Positions 32,674 to 42,311 of a stretch of DNA of 64,000 nucleotides are shown in pieces. The DNA comes from a candidate division WOR-3 bacterium (GTDB lineage: Bacteria > Hydrothermota > Tepidihabitantia > Tepidihabitantales > Tepidihabitantaceae). How positions within the stretch are numbered: position 1 is the first letter of the stretch; every line of letters starts with the position of its first letter. Location: positions 3,097 to 67,096 of the forward strand of contig CBFGIT010000005.1 of the NCBI GenBank assembly GCA_965648905.1, in the 5' to 3' direction. The notes under the pieces are model-generated. The model searched no databases and was not told where the DNA came from. It worked only from the letters and a program-made list of their open reading frames with translations. The position numbers and the translations under genes were made by a program.

Positions 32674-33636
32674 GTGTTTGCAGAACTACTAACAGTGGAC
32701 CGCACTGAACCGATACAAGAACTACTCAGTTCCTATCCTCATAAGCCCTTTGGCTGGGCGCTCAACGAGGACAGCGAAGGCCTCGTCGAGTACTTGAGGA
32801 GCCAGATTGCCCACGACATCGAGTCCGGCGGCATGGTGAAGACGTACTATCTCGGCGGCAAGGTCGTCGGGCTGTGCGCCACCTGCCCGGACAGTTGGGC
32901 CACTCAGGAGCTGCGACGGCGGGCACACCGCGTTACGCAGCTCATGGCTTTGGGCAAAACCGAGGCACAACTGCTCATCAAGACGCTGCTGCTCAACGAG
33001 GCGCTCCGCGACCTGAGGGGCGCAAGCTGTCTTGTGGCCAACGTTCCCTACTCCGACCTCACCAGCATCAACGCGCTCGAGCGCACCGGGTTTGTTGCGA
33101 CTCAGACTTCGCTGGTCCTCGCCCGCGACTTGGAGAACGCCGAAGCCGACACGACCGCGGACGCCGGCTACGATGTTGCGACCGTTGACGACGACGAATT
33201 CGACCGCGTGCTGCGTCAGGCCGGTATGGAGATTCCAGACGGGTTCCTCGGCTGGGATTCGGGCCTGCCGCAGGGTACGGTGACGAGAATCCACAACGAC
33301 TGGCTCCGTTCCTATGCCCACGAGAAGAACCTCAAGGTTGCTTCGGACCACGGCCGTCCGGTTGGCCTGTTGGCCGAGCGGGTCCGTACCGACACGACCC
33401 CGACGCTTGGCTTCAGTGTTGGTGCGATCGACCTGGTCGCAACCGTTGCCGAGTACCGCAACAACGGCGTTGCCGGCCACCTGGTCATGGATACGCTGCG
33501 CAGCTTCAAGGCCGACGGAGTCCGGCTGGCAGAGATGAAGGTTCATTCTGCTCTCACGCCGGCGGCAGCGGCGCTCGGGGCGAGCGGATTCGCCCCGGTC
33601 GGAACCACGGTGACAATGACAAACTGGAGGCACTAA
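32674..33636 (+). CDS. GNAT-family acetyltransferase-like protein, possibly a tandem GNAT; function unknown
   Basis: The C-terminal half has the GNAT motif-A-like segment YRNNGVAGHLVMDTLRSFKADGVRLAEMKV. The N-terminal half looks like a degenerate GNAT. Confidence 0.45.
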   Translation: MFAELLTVDRTEPIQELLSSYPHKPFGWALNEDSEGLVEYLRSQIAHDIESGGMVKTYYLGGKVVGLCATCPDSWATQELRRRAHRVTQLMALGKTEAQLLIKTLLLNEALRDLRGASCLVANVPYSDLTSINALERTGFVATQTSLVLARDLENAEADTTADAGYDVATVDDDEFDRVLRQAGMEIPDGFLGWDSGLPQGTVTRIHNDWLRSYAHEKNLKVASDHGRPVGLLAERVRTDTTPTLGFSVGAIDLVATVAEYRNNGVAGHLVMDTLRSFKADGVRLAEMKVHSALTPAAAALGASGFAPVGTTVTMTNWRH

Positions 33637-33732
33637 CGGAAACCTGCACCGAGAGAGAAGCCCGGACCGGCCTCGCGGGAGAGCCGGCCCGGGTTGTCTC
33701 GGCAGCAGATGTCGCAACAAAGAGAGGAAGCT

Positions 33733-34164
33733 ATGAACAGAGCAACCGTCCACGTCCTGGTCTGCGTTCTGGTGCTTGGGGCGGGCGCGATAGTCCGGGC
33801 CCAGGATACTGAAACCGCCTCTTTGGCGGTGCGTGCCGCGGTCTGGGGTCAGGTTGCCCGACCCGGTCAGTATCTGCTTCGGGGCAGCCCGGACCTTTTC
33901 GAACTGCTTTCCCAGGCCGGCGGTCCGACCGCCAATGCCGACCTCACCCGGATTCTGCTCATCCGAGAGCGCGACAAGACGCGCCGGCGCGTGAATCTGG
34001 ACCGGGTCATCGCCTCGGGTGAACCGTTGTTCATCACGCCCGGTGACGTCGTGGTTGTACCCGAGTCGGGCTGGAGCCGATTCAAGAGTAACCTGCCGGT
34101 CGTCTCGACTCTTGTCGTCGTGGCGAATCTGGTTGTAACCGTGACTCTGATGGCACGCAAGTAG
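33733..34164 (+). CDS. Small exported SLBB-domain protein (Wza/polysaccharide-export-like soluble ligand-binding beta-grasp) with a C-terminal hydrophobic anchor
   Basis: Start at ATG 33733 after GAGGAAG. A signal peptide is present, and the motif VWGQVARPGQY...ITPGDVVVVPES matches the Wza SLBB/Poly_export pattern. Confidence 0.5.
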   Translation: MNRATVHVLVCVLVLGAGAIVRAQDTETASLAVRAAVWGQVARPGQYLLRGSPDLFELLSQAGGPTANADLTRILLIRERDKTRRRVNLDRVIASGEPLFITPGDVVVVPESGWSRFKSNLPVVSTLVVVANLVVTVTLMARK

Positions 34165-34182
34165 GGACACTCGACGACCAGT

Positions 34183-36609
34183 ATGACTACCGCAAAGGCC
34201 GTTCTCGCACCCGAGGAAAACGCGCACCTTGACCCGGTGCCGGTTGCCCGGACAGCTCCGGCGATTCTCGTTGTCGACGACGAAACCGGGTTTGCCGACA
34301 CCCTCGCCGACATCCTCGGCTCCCGGGGTTATCGCACGGTTAAGGCGGGCAACGGTCGCGACGCCGTACGGATCGTCCAGCAGACCCAGATTGACCTCGC
34401 ACTCGTAGACCTGAAACTCCCTGACATCCCGGGGACTGAGGTGCTTGCGCGCATCCGCGAGACGTCGCCGACCACTGAGGTCATCATCCTTACCGGCCAT
34501 GCCTCGCTCGACACGGCCCTGCGGGCCCTGAACCTGGGCGCATCCGGCTACATCGAGAAGCCCTATGACATTGACCGGCTGTTTCTCGTCATTGAGCGGG
34601 CACTGGCAAGTCGGGCACGTCGTGCCGGCGGAACCCCGGCCGCCGAACTGGGCCGGTTGCTCGATGCGTCCAGTGTGCCGGTCTTTGCCTTCGAACTCAC
34701 CACCGGCCGAGTCACGGCGGCCAGCGCCGCGTTTGATAACCTGTTCGACGACCTTGCCGGCGGCGAGCACCAGCCGCGGCCGACCCTGGCGGCGATTCTC
34801 GCCCATGCCGACCCGCAGGAGTCGACTGCCCATGTTGCCCGACTGAACCGGTTCGGCCGGGCCGGAACCGACCTGCCGTTCCAACGCCGCGATGGGAGCG
34901 TGACCTGGTTCGAGTTGACGTCAACGACAATTGACACGCGGCCCGGGCTTGCGCTCGGGGTGATGGTCGACGTTACGGCCCGGCGCCGGGCTGAAGCCGA
35001 ATCGCGCCGCAGCCGGCGATACTTCGAAGCGATCTTCGACAACCTTGCCGCAGGCGTGGCCTTGATTGACTCGGCCTACACGATTCAGCGGGTCAACGCG
35101 GCCTTTGCCCGGTTCTACGGTTCAACGGCTAGCGCGCTTGTTGGCCGCCGGTGCTACGAGGTCATGCACAGGCACCCGACGCCGTGCCAGCTTCACGGCG
35201 AGGTCTGCCCGATGGTCAACTGCCTGGCGCTGGGTGCAACGACCCGGGTCCAGCACCGCCACACCGACCCTGAGGGTCGAGTCCGTTATCAGGAGACGAC
35301 GATGACCCCGCTGCGGGACGAAGAGGGTACGGTCATATCGTTCGCCGCGGTGTTCGCCGATTTTACGGAGATCAAGCTTGCTCAGGAGGAATCCGAGCTC
35401 AAGTCGAGGAAGCTTGAGCAGTTGAACCAGGACCTGGAGTCCCAGAGCAATCAGCTTGTCGCCCAGGCTGAGGAACTGGAGAGGGCCAACGCCGAGCTGA
35501 TCCGACTGACCGCAGCCAAGGACGACTTTGTCTCGATGGTCTCGCACGAACTCCGCACCCCGCTTACCGCCATCAGCGAGGGAATCAGCCTGGTCGCAGA
35601 CAGCTCGCTCGGCCCGGTCAACGAACAGCAGCGCCGGTTCCTGGCGCTTGCGCATCGCAACTGCACCCGGCTCACCGACCTGATCAACGACCTGCTCGAC
35701 CTCTCGAAGATTGAGGCCGGCCGGATGGATGTCCGGCCGGTCCGGTTCGATGTCAGCCGGATGCTCGGCGAGCTGGCGGAGACATTCGGCGTCTCGGCGC
35801 GGGAAAAGAAACTCGTCCTTGCTGCGCCGGGCAACGACTGTCAGCACCACGTCTACGCCGATGAGAAGATGGTCCGTCGAGTTCTCAACAACCTGCTCAG
35901 TAATGCGCTCAAGTTCACCGACTCGGGCACGGTTCGGATTGCAGCAGAGACCCGGGGCGACCACCTCCTGGTCAGCGTCGCCGACTCAGGTATCGGCATT
36001 CCCGCATCAGAACAGCAGCGCATGTTTGAGAAGTTTCACCAGGTCCAGCGTGCTGACCGGGGCCGGCCGGCCGGAACCGGACTCGGTCTGGCCCTTACCA
36101 AGCAGATGGTCGAAATGAACGGCGGTCGTATCTGGTTTGAGAGCCAGGAGGGGGTCGGAACCACTTTCTTCTTCACGCTGCCGCTCGACTCAGACCTTGC
36201 CCGGGTATCGGCCCTGCTCAGCCGCCGTACCGTCAGTGCACCCCGGATGCGGGCAACATTGCTGCTCACGCTGCTTGACGCCGGCGAACTGTGCCGAACC
36301 CACGGTGCCGATGCTCTGGACCAGGCCGCGGATGCCATCGACAGCATCATCAATGCCTGCCATCTCAGTACCCTTGCCCGCCAGCGGCTGCCCGAGAGCG
36401 GCGACACCATCCTGTTGCTTGAGGGAACCGAACCGGAACTGGTTGCTCAGGAGCGCTCGCTGCGGGGTAAGCTCAAAGGTGCAACCTTTGTCCTGGACGA
36501 AGAGGTTGCTCCAGTCAGAGTCGGGGTCGGCGTCTGCCGACTGAATGGTTCGGTTGAACCGCGCGACCTGCTTGAGACACTGCGTCGGGAGGTAGCCAGT
36601 GTCTGCTGA
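34183..36609 (+). CDS. Hybrid sensor histidine kinase with an N-terminal receiver domain, PAS domains, HisKA, HATPase_c and a C-terminal domain of unknown function
   Basis: The REC domain has the phospho-acceptor in IDLALVDLKLPD. The H-box is MVSHELRTPLTAI. The ATPase region shows N, G1 and G2 boxes. Confidence 0.8.
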   Translation: MTTAKAVLAPEENAHLDPVPVARTAPAILVVDDETGFADTLADILGSRGYRTVKAGNGRDAVRIVQQTQIDLALVDLKLPDIPGTEVLARIRETSPTTEVIILTGHASLDTALRALNLGASGYIEKPYDIDRLFLVIERALASRARRAGGTPAAELGRLLDASSVPVFAFELTTGRVTAASAAFDNLFDDLAGGEHQPRPTLAAILAHADPQESTAHVARLNRFGRAGTDLPFQRRDGSVTWFELTSTTIDTRPGLALGVMVDVTARRRAEAESRRSRRYFEAIFDNLAAGVALIDSAYTIQRVNAAFARFYGSTASALVGRRCYEVMHRHPTPCQLHGEVCPMVNCLALGATTRVQHRHTDPEGRVRYQETTMTPLRDEEGTVISFAAVFADFTEIKLAQEESELKSRKLEQLNQDLESQSNQLVAQAEELERANAELIRLTAAKDDFVSMVSHELRTPLTAISEGISLVADSSLGPVNEQQRRFLALAHRNCTRLTDLINDLLDLSKIEAGRMDVRPVRFDVSRMLGELAETFGVSAREKKLVLAAPGNDCQHHVYADEKMVRRVLNNLLSNALKFTDSGTVRIAAETRGDHLLVSVADSGIGIPASEQQRMFEKFHQVQRADRGRPAGTGLGLALTKQMVEMNGGRIWFESQEGVGTTFFFTLPLDSDLARVSALLSRRTVSAPRMRATLLLTLLDAGELCRTHGADALDQAADAIDSIINACHLSTLARQRLPESGDTILLLEGTEPELVAQERSLRGKLKGATFVLDEEVAPVRVGVGVCRLNGSVEPRDLLETLRREVASVC

Positions 36610-37030
36610 CCGCCGCCCGCGGATACTCCTGGCCGACGACGAACGCGACATTGCGCTTGTCGCCCGGATGCGGCTTGAGGTCAACGGCTACGAAGTCCTG
36701 ACGGTGGCCGACGGCGCCGAGGCTCTCGAGCGATTGCCGACGTTCCGGCCGGACCTCGTCCTCCTTGACCTGCGCATGCCCAAACTCGACGGGTACCAGG
36801 TCTGCCGAGCGCTCAAGTCCAACCCGGCAACCCGCTCGGTCCCGGTAATCATTTTCTCTGCCTCAAGCTCTCAGGCGCTGGCGCTGGAGCGCAAGTGCCT
36901 TGAGCTTGGCGCGGACGACTTCGTGCGCAAGCCGTATACCTCTGAAGACCTGCTGGCCAAAGTCCGACATCATCTGGCTGTCGGCGCGCGACCGACTGGT
37001 TGCCCGCAATCCACCGAGGTGTCATCATGA
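36599..37030 (+). CDS. Single-domain response regulator (receiver only)
   Basis: Shows ILLADDE...DLVLLDLRMPKLDG...KP. The gene overlaps the upstream kinase gene. Confidence 0.75.
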   Translation: MSADRRPRILLADDERDIALVARMRLEVNGYEVLTVADGAEALERLPTFRPDLVLLDLRMPKLDGYQVCRALKSNPATRSVPVIIFSASSSQALALERKCLELGADDFVRKPYTSEDLLAKVRHHLAVGARPTGCPQSTEVSS

Positions 37031-37473
37031 GTCAAGAGAACGGACATAAGACCATTCTGGTTGTTGACGACGAGGAAGATATCCGTTTCGTTCTTGAGGC
37101 CCGGCTCACGGCGGCTGGTTTTCGGGTCGAAACTGCCGCCAACGGCATGGAGGCGCTCAGCCGGATTCGCTCCAGCCCGCCGGACCTTATCGTCCTCGAC
37201 CTGATGCTTCCCGGCATTGACGGGTTCGGCATCTGCGGCATGGTCAAGCGCGACCAACGCTTCAGCCGCATTCCGGTCGTCATGCTTACGGCCCGGGTTC
37301 AGCCCAATGACCGCAAGACGTCGGCCAGACTCGGCGCCGATGCTTTCGTCGCCAAACCGTTCCAGGCCGAGGAACTGATTGGTCGGATTCGAGAGCTGCT
37401 CAATCCCGCGCCCAAAGACGCCAGCGGCACATCCGAAGTATCGCTCGGCTCGCCCCTGCCATCTCCGGCATGA
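37027..37473 (+). CDS. Single-domain response regulator (receiver only)
   Basis: ATG at 37027. Shows ILVVDDEED...DLIVLDLMLPGIDG...KP. Confidence 0.75.
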   Translation: MSQENGHKTILVVDDEEDIRFVLEARLTAAGFRVETAANGMEALSRIRSSPPDLIVLDLMLPGIDGFGICGMVKRDQRFSRIPVVMLTARVQPNDRKTSARLGADAFVAKPFQAEELIGRIRELLNPAPKDASGTSEVSLGSPLPSPA

Positions 37474-39158
37474 ACGAACTCCTGCTCAGCCGCGTTCTCC
37501 GTCGTCATGCCGGGTTGGATGACGCCGCGCTTGCCGACCTGAACCACGAAGCGGTCAAGACCGAATCATCGCTCGAACAGGTCGTACTCCGGCGTAAGCT
37601 CGTCACGCGCGAGCAGCTCTACGAACACTTCGCCCGTGAGCTCGACGTCCCTTACATCGACCTGGCCAACTTCATGGTTGACCCGGAGCTCCTCAAGCTT
37701 GTCCCTGAGGAAGTCGCGCGCCGCGTCCGAGCCGTGCCCTTGTTTCAGATCGACGGCAATCTTACTGTGGCCATGGCCAACCCGGACGACATCGGTGCGC
37801 TCGACGAGCTCCATCGCATCCTTGGTCTTGAGATCAACCCGGCGCTGGCTGACCCGGAGGCGATCGACGAAGTCCTCAACCATCACTGCCATGCCGGTCA
37901 GGGCGAGGTGATGGAGTGTGTCCTGACCGAGCTTGAGGCCGACGAGGCCCTGCACTTCATCGAAGCCGAGTCGGCGGACAAGACGCTCGAACAGCTTGCG
38001 AGCGAAGCGCCGGTGGTCCGCCTGGTCAACTCGATGCTTGAACAGGCGGCCCGGGAACGTGCATCCGACATCCATGTCGAACCCGACGAAGACACCCTGC
38101 GCGTCAGAATGCGCGTCGATGGTCTGCTCCGGGAAACCGGCAAATGGCCGGCCAAACTTCACCCCGCGGTCGTCTCCCGTATCAAGATTCTCGCCGGCAT
38201 GGACATCTCCGACAAACGGAGACCCCAGGATGGCCGGTTCGACATCGCTTTCGGCGGACGTCAGATGGACACCCGCGTCTCGACCTTTCCAACGGTCTAC
38301 GGCGAGAACGTCGTCATCCGGCTGCTCGACAAGGCCGGCCGGCACATCGGGCTCTCGGACCTCGGCATGACACCGGAAACAACAAGCCGCTTCGAAACCG
38401 TCTTTCACCAGCCGCATGGCATCATCCTTGTCACCGGCCCGACCGGCTCGGGCAAGACCACGACCCTGTACTCGGTCCTCTCGGTTCTCAACTCGGCCGA
38501 GAAGAACATCGTCACGCTTGAGGAGCCGGTTGAGTATCGGCTTCCGCTCATCCGCCAGTGTCAGGTCAACCCCAAGGCCGGGGTAACCTTTGCCGGCGGA
38601 TTGAGGGCGATTCTCCGTCAGGACCCGGACATAATTCTGGTCGGTGAAATCCGCGACGGCGAGACAGCGGAGATTGCGTTCCAGGCCGCCCTCACCGGTC
38701 ACCTGGTGCTTTCGACGCTCCATACCAACGACGCAGCCAGTGCTCTAACCCGGATGATCGACATGCACCTTGAGCCGTTTCTCATTTCCTCCAGCGTCAT
38801 CGGGATTCTTGCTCAGCGGCTGCTGCGACGGGTCTGCGAACGTTGTGCTGAGACCTATGTGCCGGACGCGGCTGTTCTTCAACGTCTGGGGATTGACCCA
38901 GGCACAAGATTCACCCACGGTCGGGGCTGCTCGGCCTGTGGCGAAAGGGGTTTTCGCGGTCGCATGGGAATCTACGAGCTTCTCCTGATGACCCCGGAAA
39001 TCCAGCACATGGTCATGGAGCGCCGTTCGGCTGAGGATATCAACGTCCTTGCCCTCAGTCAGGGTATGGTGCCGATGCGCGAAGACGCGCTGGCCAAAGC
39101 CCGCAAAGGACTCACCACTCCGGAAGAAGTCCTCCGCGTCACCCAAGACAGCAACTAG
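37470..39158 (+). CDS. GspE/PilB/MshE-family secretion ATPase (type II secretion / type IV pilus assembly ATPase family) with an N-terminal T2SSE_N domain
   Basis: Walker A ILVTGPTGSGKTTTLYS, an Asp box, His boxes, and a tetracysteine zinc motif CERC...CSAC. The N-terminal ~150 aa resemble the GspE N domain. Confidence 0.85.
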   Translation: MNELLLSRVLRRHAGLDDAALADLNHEAVKTESSLEQVVLRRKLVTREQLYEHFARELDVPYIDLANFMVDPELLKLVPEEVARRVRAVPLFQIDGNLTVAMANPDDIGALDELHRILGLEINPALADPEAIDEVLNHHCHAGQGEVMECVLTELEADEALHFIEAESADKTLEQLASEAPVVRLVNSMLEQAARERASDIHVEPDEDTLRVRMRVDGLLRETGKWPAKLHPAVVSRIKILAGMDISDKRRPQDGRFDIAFGGRQMDTRVSTFPTVYGENVVIRLLDKAGRHIGLSDLGMTPETTSRFETVFHQPHGIILVTGPTGSGKTTTLYSVLSVLNSAEKNIVTLEEPVEYRLPLIRQCQVNPKAGVTFAGGLRAILRQDPDIILVGEIRDGETAEIAFQAALTGHLVLSTLHTNDAASALTRMIDMHLEPFLISSSVIGILAQRLLRRVCERCAETYVPDAAVLQRLGIDPGTRFTHGRGCSACGERGFRGRMGIYELLLMTPEIQHMVMERRSAEDINVLALSQGMVPMREDALAKARKGLTTPEEVLRVTQDSN

Positions 39159-39220
39159 CCCAGCTACCAGGTTCCGCGTCCATCCTTGATTCGCCGGTTC
39201 AACAGGCTAACCTATCTCTC

Positions 39221-40159
39221 GTGAATCCGGTAACCGTTCTCGCCATCGGCGGCAATTCGCTGGTCCGCTCGAAGGACGCCATCTCATACTCAGACCAGAT
39301 GGCCGCACTCGCCGACACGTGTCGCCACATCGCCGACCTTGCCGCCTCCGGTATCCGGCTTCTCATCACGCACGGCAACGGACCTCAGGTCGGGTTTCTC
39401 TTGATTCGCTCCCACCTGGCGCGCACCCGTCTGCCTGAGACTCCGCTTGATGCCTGCACGGCCCAAACCCAGGCCGAAACCGGCTACATGATTCAGCAGG
39501 CCCTGGGCAACGAACTTGCCCGGCGCAACGTCTCAATTCCTGTGGTCACAGTCGTCACGAGGACAGTTGTCGCGGCTGATGACCCGGCGTTCGAGCATCC
39601 CTCGAAGCCGGTTGGCCCGTTCTATACCAAAGCCGAGGCAGCCCGGCTCCAGAAAGAACTCAACTGGGTTATGCGCGAAGACTCGGGCCGGGGCTTTCGC
39701 CGTCTTGTCCCTTCACCTCGACCGGTTGCAATTGTAGAGCTTGACCAGATTGCCGCGTTGCTCGAATCAGGCGCGGTTGTCATCGCTGGCGGCGGGGGCG
39801 GCATACCAGTGCTCCAGCAGGATGGAATCTACTCTGGTGTCGCGGCGGTTATCGACAAAGACCTTGCCTCCAGTCTGCTCGCGGCCCAGCTTGGCGCTAC
39901 TCGACTTGTCATTTCGACTGCAGTGGACCGCGTGTACCTTGACTACGGATTGCCGGGCCAGCGGCCGCTCACCAGTATCCGGGCCGGCGAGCTCCGTTCG
40001 CATCTTGACGCCGGGCAGTTTGCTCCCGGCAGCATGGGGCCCAAGATGGAAGCCGCGCTCGACTTCCTTGAGCGGGGCGGGGAGGAAGTCATCGTCACCG
40101 ACCCGGACCACCTGTCGCTCGCACTTGCCGGTCAGGCTGGCACCCGCATAGTCCCATGA
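39221..40159 (+). CDS. arcC: Carbamate kinase
   Basis: Amino-acid-kinase fold with carbamate-kinase-typical segments (TVLAIGGNSL, ITHGNGPQVG). Confidence 0.85.
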   Translation: MNPVTVLAIGGNSLVRSKDAISYSDQMAALADTCRHIADLAASGIRLLITHGNGPQVGFLLIRSHLARTRLPETPLDACTAQTQAETGYMIQQALGNELARRNVSIPVVTVVTRTVVAADDPAFEHPSKPVGPFYTKAEAARLQKELNWVMREDSGRGFRRLVPSPRPVAIVELDQIAALLESGAVVIAGGGGGIPVLQQDGIYSGVAAVIDKDLASSLLAAQLGATRLVISTAVDRVYLDYGLPGQRPLTSIRAGELRSHLDAGQFAPGSMGPKMEAALDFLERGGEEVIVTDPDHLSLALAGQAGTRIVP

Positions 40160-41424
40160 CTCGTCATTCGTCATTTGTCATTGCTCGTTTGTTCGTGCTG
40201 GCAGCTCTTGCCGTGACCGCAAGCGCTCAGAACATGGTCCTCATCCCTATGGACCTGACCCAGACCGATCATCTCAAGGCTTATGGCATCGCCTATCGTC
40301 TGCTCCAGCGCGGCCAGAAGGTCGAGTGGCTGCTCAACTACCGCGGCGGGTCATTCCTTTTTCCGGCCGATGCACAGGCACTCAAGGAATGTCAGCTCAA
40401 CGGCGTGACCGCCCTTTCGGTTGGCCCGTCGGACGTCGTCGGGATTCGCGCTACCATCGAGAAGAGCAACATGCAGTCGGTTATGCTCGAACGGCCGACC
40501 CGGCTTGCGGTTTATGCTCCGCCGACGGCCGACCCGTGGGATGACGCGGTGCGGCTCGCGCTCGACTACGCCGGCATCAAGTACGACCTAGTCTGGGACC
40601 ACGACGTCGTGGCGGGCAAGCTATCTCAGTATGACTGGTTGCATCTGCACCATGAGGACTTCACCGGCCAGTACGGCAAGTTCTATGCCGGTTATCGTCA
40701 GGAGCCGTGGTACCAGAAGGAAGTCGCCATCAACATCAAGACCGCAGCCGAACTGGGCTATCGAAAGGTCAGCAAGCTCAAACTGGCGGTCGTCGAACTG
40801 GTCCACAAGTACGTTGCGGACGGCGGCATGCTCTTCGCCATGTGCTCGGCCACCGATACTCCTGACATCGCCTGGGCAGCACGCAACACTGATATTTGCG
40901 ACGCGGTCTTTGACGGCGACCCGGTGGACCCGAACTACGCTGCCAAGCTCGACTACTCGGGCTGCCTTGCTTTCGAGAACTTCAGTGTCATCACCGACCC
41001 TCTGGTCTATGAGCACTCGGACATCGATACCTACATCGAGGCTACGGCTCGGGGCCAGGATGTCTACTTTTCACTCTTCGACTTCTCGGCCAAGTACGAC
41101 CCGGTACCCTGCATGCTGGTGCAGAATCATGTCGGGCTGGTCAAGGAGTTCCTGGGCCAGAACTGCGGTTTCCGCCGCACCAAGTTGAAGAAGGAAGTGC
41201 TCATCATGGGCGACCTGGTCAATACCGAGGAGGTGAAGTACATCCACGGTAACTTCGGCAAGGGTACGTTCACTTTCCTCGGCGGCCACGACCCTGAGGA
41301 CTTTGCTCATCGCATCGGCGACCCGGTCACCGACCTGTCATTGCACAGGAACTCGCCCGGGTACCGGCTGATACTCAACAACGTCCTGTTCCCAGCCGCG
41401 GAAAAGAAGCCACTGAAGACGTGA
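40156..41424 (+). CDS. Secreted hypothetical protein (signal peptide). It might have a class I glutamine amidotransferase-like or ThuA-like fold, but this is not established.
   Basis: A cleavable N-terminal signal (LAALAVTASAQN). No family was confidently recognised. A GGHDPEDF motif lies near the C terminus. Confidence 0.4.
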   Translation: MTRHSSFVIARLFVLAALAVTASAQNMVLIPMDLTQTDHLKAYGIAYRLLQRGQKVEWLLNYRGGSFLFPADAQALKECQLNGVTALSVGPSDVVGIRATIEKSNMQSVMLERPTRLAVYAPPTADPWDDAVRLALDYAGIKYDLVWDHDVVAGKLSQYDWLHLHHEDFTGQYGKFYAGYRQEPWYQKEVAINIKTAAELGYRKVSKLKLAVVELVHKYVADGGMLFAMCSATDTPDIAWAARNTDICDAVFDGDPVDPNYAAKLDYSGCLAFENFSVITDPLVYEHSDIDTYIEATARGQDVYFSLFDFSAKYDPVPCMLVQNHVGLVKEFLGQNCGFRRTKLKKEVLIMGDLVNTEEVKYIHGNFGKGTFTFLGGHDPEDFAHRIGDPVTDLSLHRNSPGYRLILNNVLFPAAEKKPLKT

Positions 41425-41442
41425 GACGCGAGGCCCATACTC

Positions 41443-42309
41443 ATGCGTTCCTCTCCTGACTGCCTGTCCTGCGCGGTGAACCAGTGCCGCAAGATTGTCC
41501 GACTGGTTGGCGGCGATGAGGCACTTGAACAGCGGGTCATTGAGACGCTCTTGCCGGGATTCGACGGTCTGGACCGGTCTGAGCCACCCAGCACCTACAC
41601 CTCGCACATCCTGCTTGCTGTGATGGAGCTCTTGGACGAACGAGACCCTTTCCGTGCAGTGAAACAGCAGCAGAATGACCGCGCCCAGCCGATTGCTGAG
41701 GCTCTCGACCGCGAGCTGGGCGACGGGCCTCGTGCTCTGGCGACTGCGCTGGCTCTGGCTGCAGCGGGCAACGTCATCGACTCCGGGCCCGGACACAAGT
41801 ACACGATTGAAGACGCGCTCTCGCATCTCCATTTTGCGCACGACGACTCGGCGCTGCTGCTTGACCGGCTTGCCCAGGCCGCGCGGGTGACGTACATTCT
41901 GGACAATGCGGGCGAGGTGCTTTTCGACCTGCTCGTGCTCAAGCGGCTGCGTGTCCCCGAACTGACGATAGTAGCCCGGTCCAGCCCGATTCTGAACGAT
42001 GTGACCGTGGACGAGGCAAAGGCGCTCGGCCTTGACCGCTATGGCCGGCTCGTTGGCACGGGTTCGCCATTCCTTGGTGTTGACTACCAGACCGTGTCGG
42101 CCGAGTTCAAGGCTGCCCATGAGCACGCCGACGTGGTCATTGCCAAAGGTCACGCGAACTTCGAGTCCCTGGTCAATGGTCCGCGTGACGGCTTCTTCCT
42201 GCTCAAGGCCAAGTGCGACCTGGTGGCACGCGAACTCGGCATCAAGACCGGCGACTCGGCCTGCTTTTTCACTCCTTACTCCTCGCTCCTCACTCATTAC
42301 TCATCCTAA
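41443..42309 (+). CDS. DUF89 / ARMT1-like protein (damage-control phosphatase family)
   Basis: The DNAGE metal-binding motif (ILDNAGEVLFDL) and the overall length and pattern fit the DUF89 family. Confidence 0.65.
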   Translation: MRSSPDCLSCAVNQCRKIVRLVGGDEALEQRVIETLLPGFDGLDRSEPPSTYTSHILLAVMELLDERDPFRAVKQQQNDRAQPIAEALDRELGDGPRALATALALAAAGNVIDSGPGHKYTIEDALSHLHFAHDDSALLLDRLAQAARVTYILDNAGEVLFDLLVLKRLRVPELTIVARSSPILNDVTVDEAKALGLDRYGRLVGTGSPFLGVDYQTVSAEFKAAHEHADVVIAKGHANFESLVNGPRDGFFLLKAKCDLVARELGIKTGDSACFFTPYSSLLTHYSS

Positions 42310-42311
42310 GC

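Noticed and set aside
32722-34884. 720-aa minus-strand ORF
   Set aside because: Antisense to three well-supported plus-strand genes (GNAT, SLBB protein, histidine kinase) with an Arg/Gly-rich composition.
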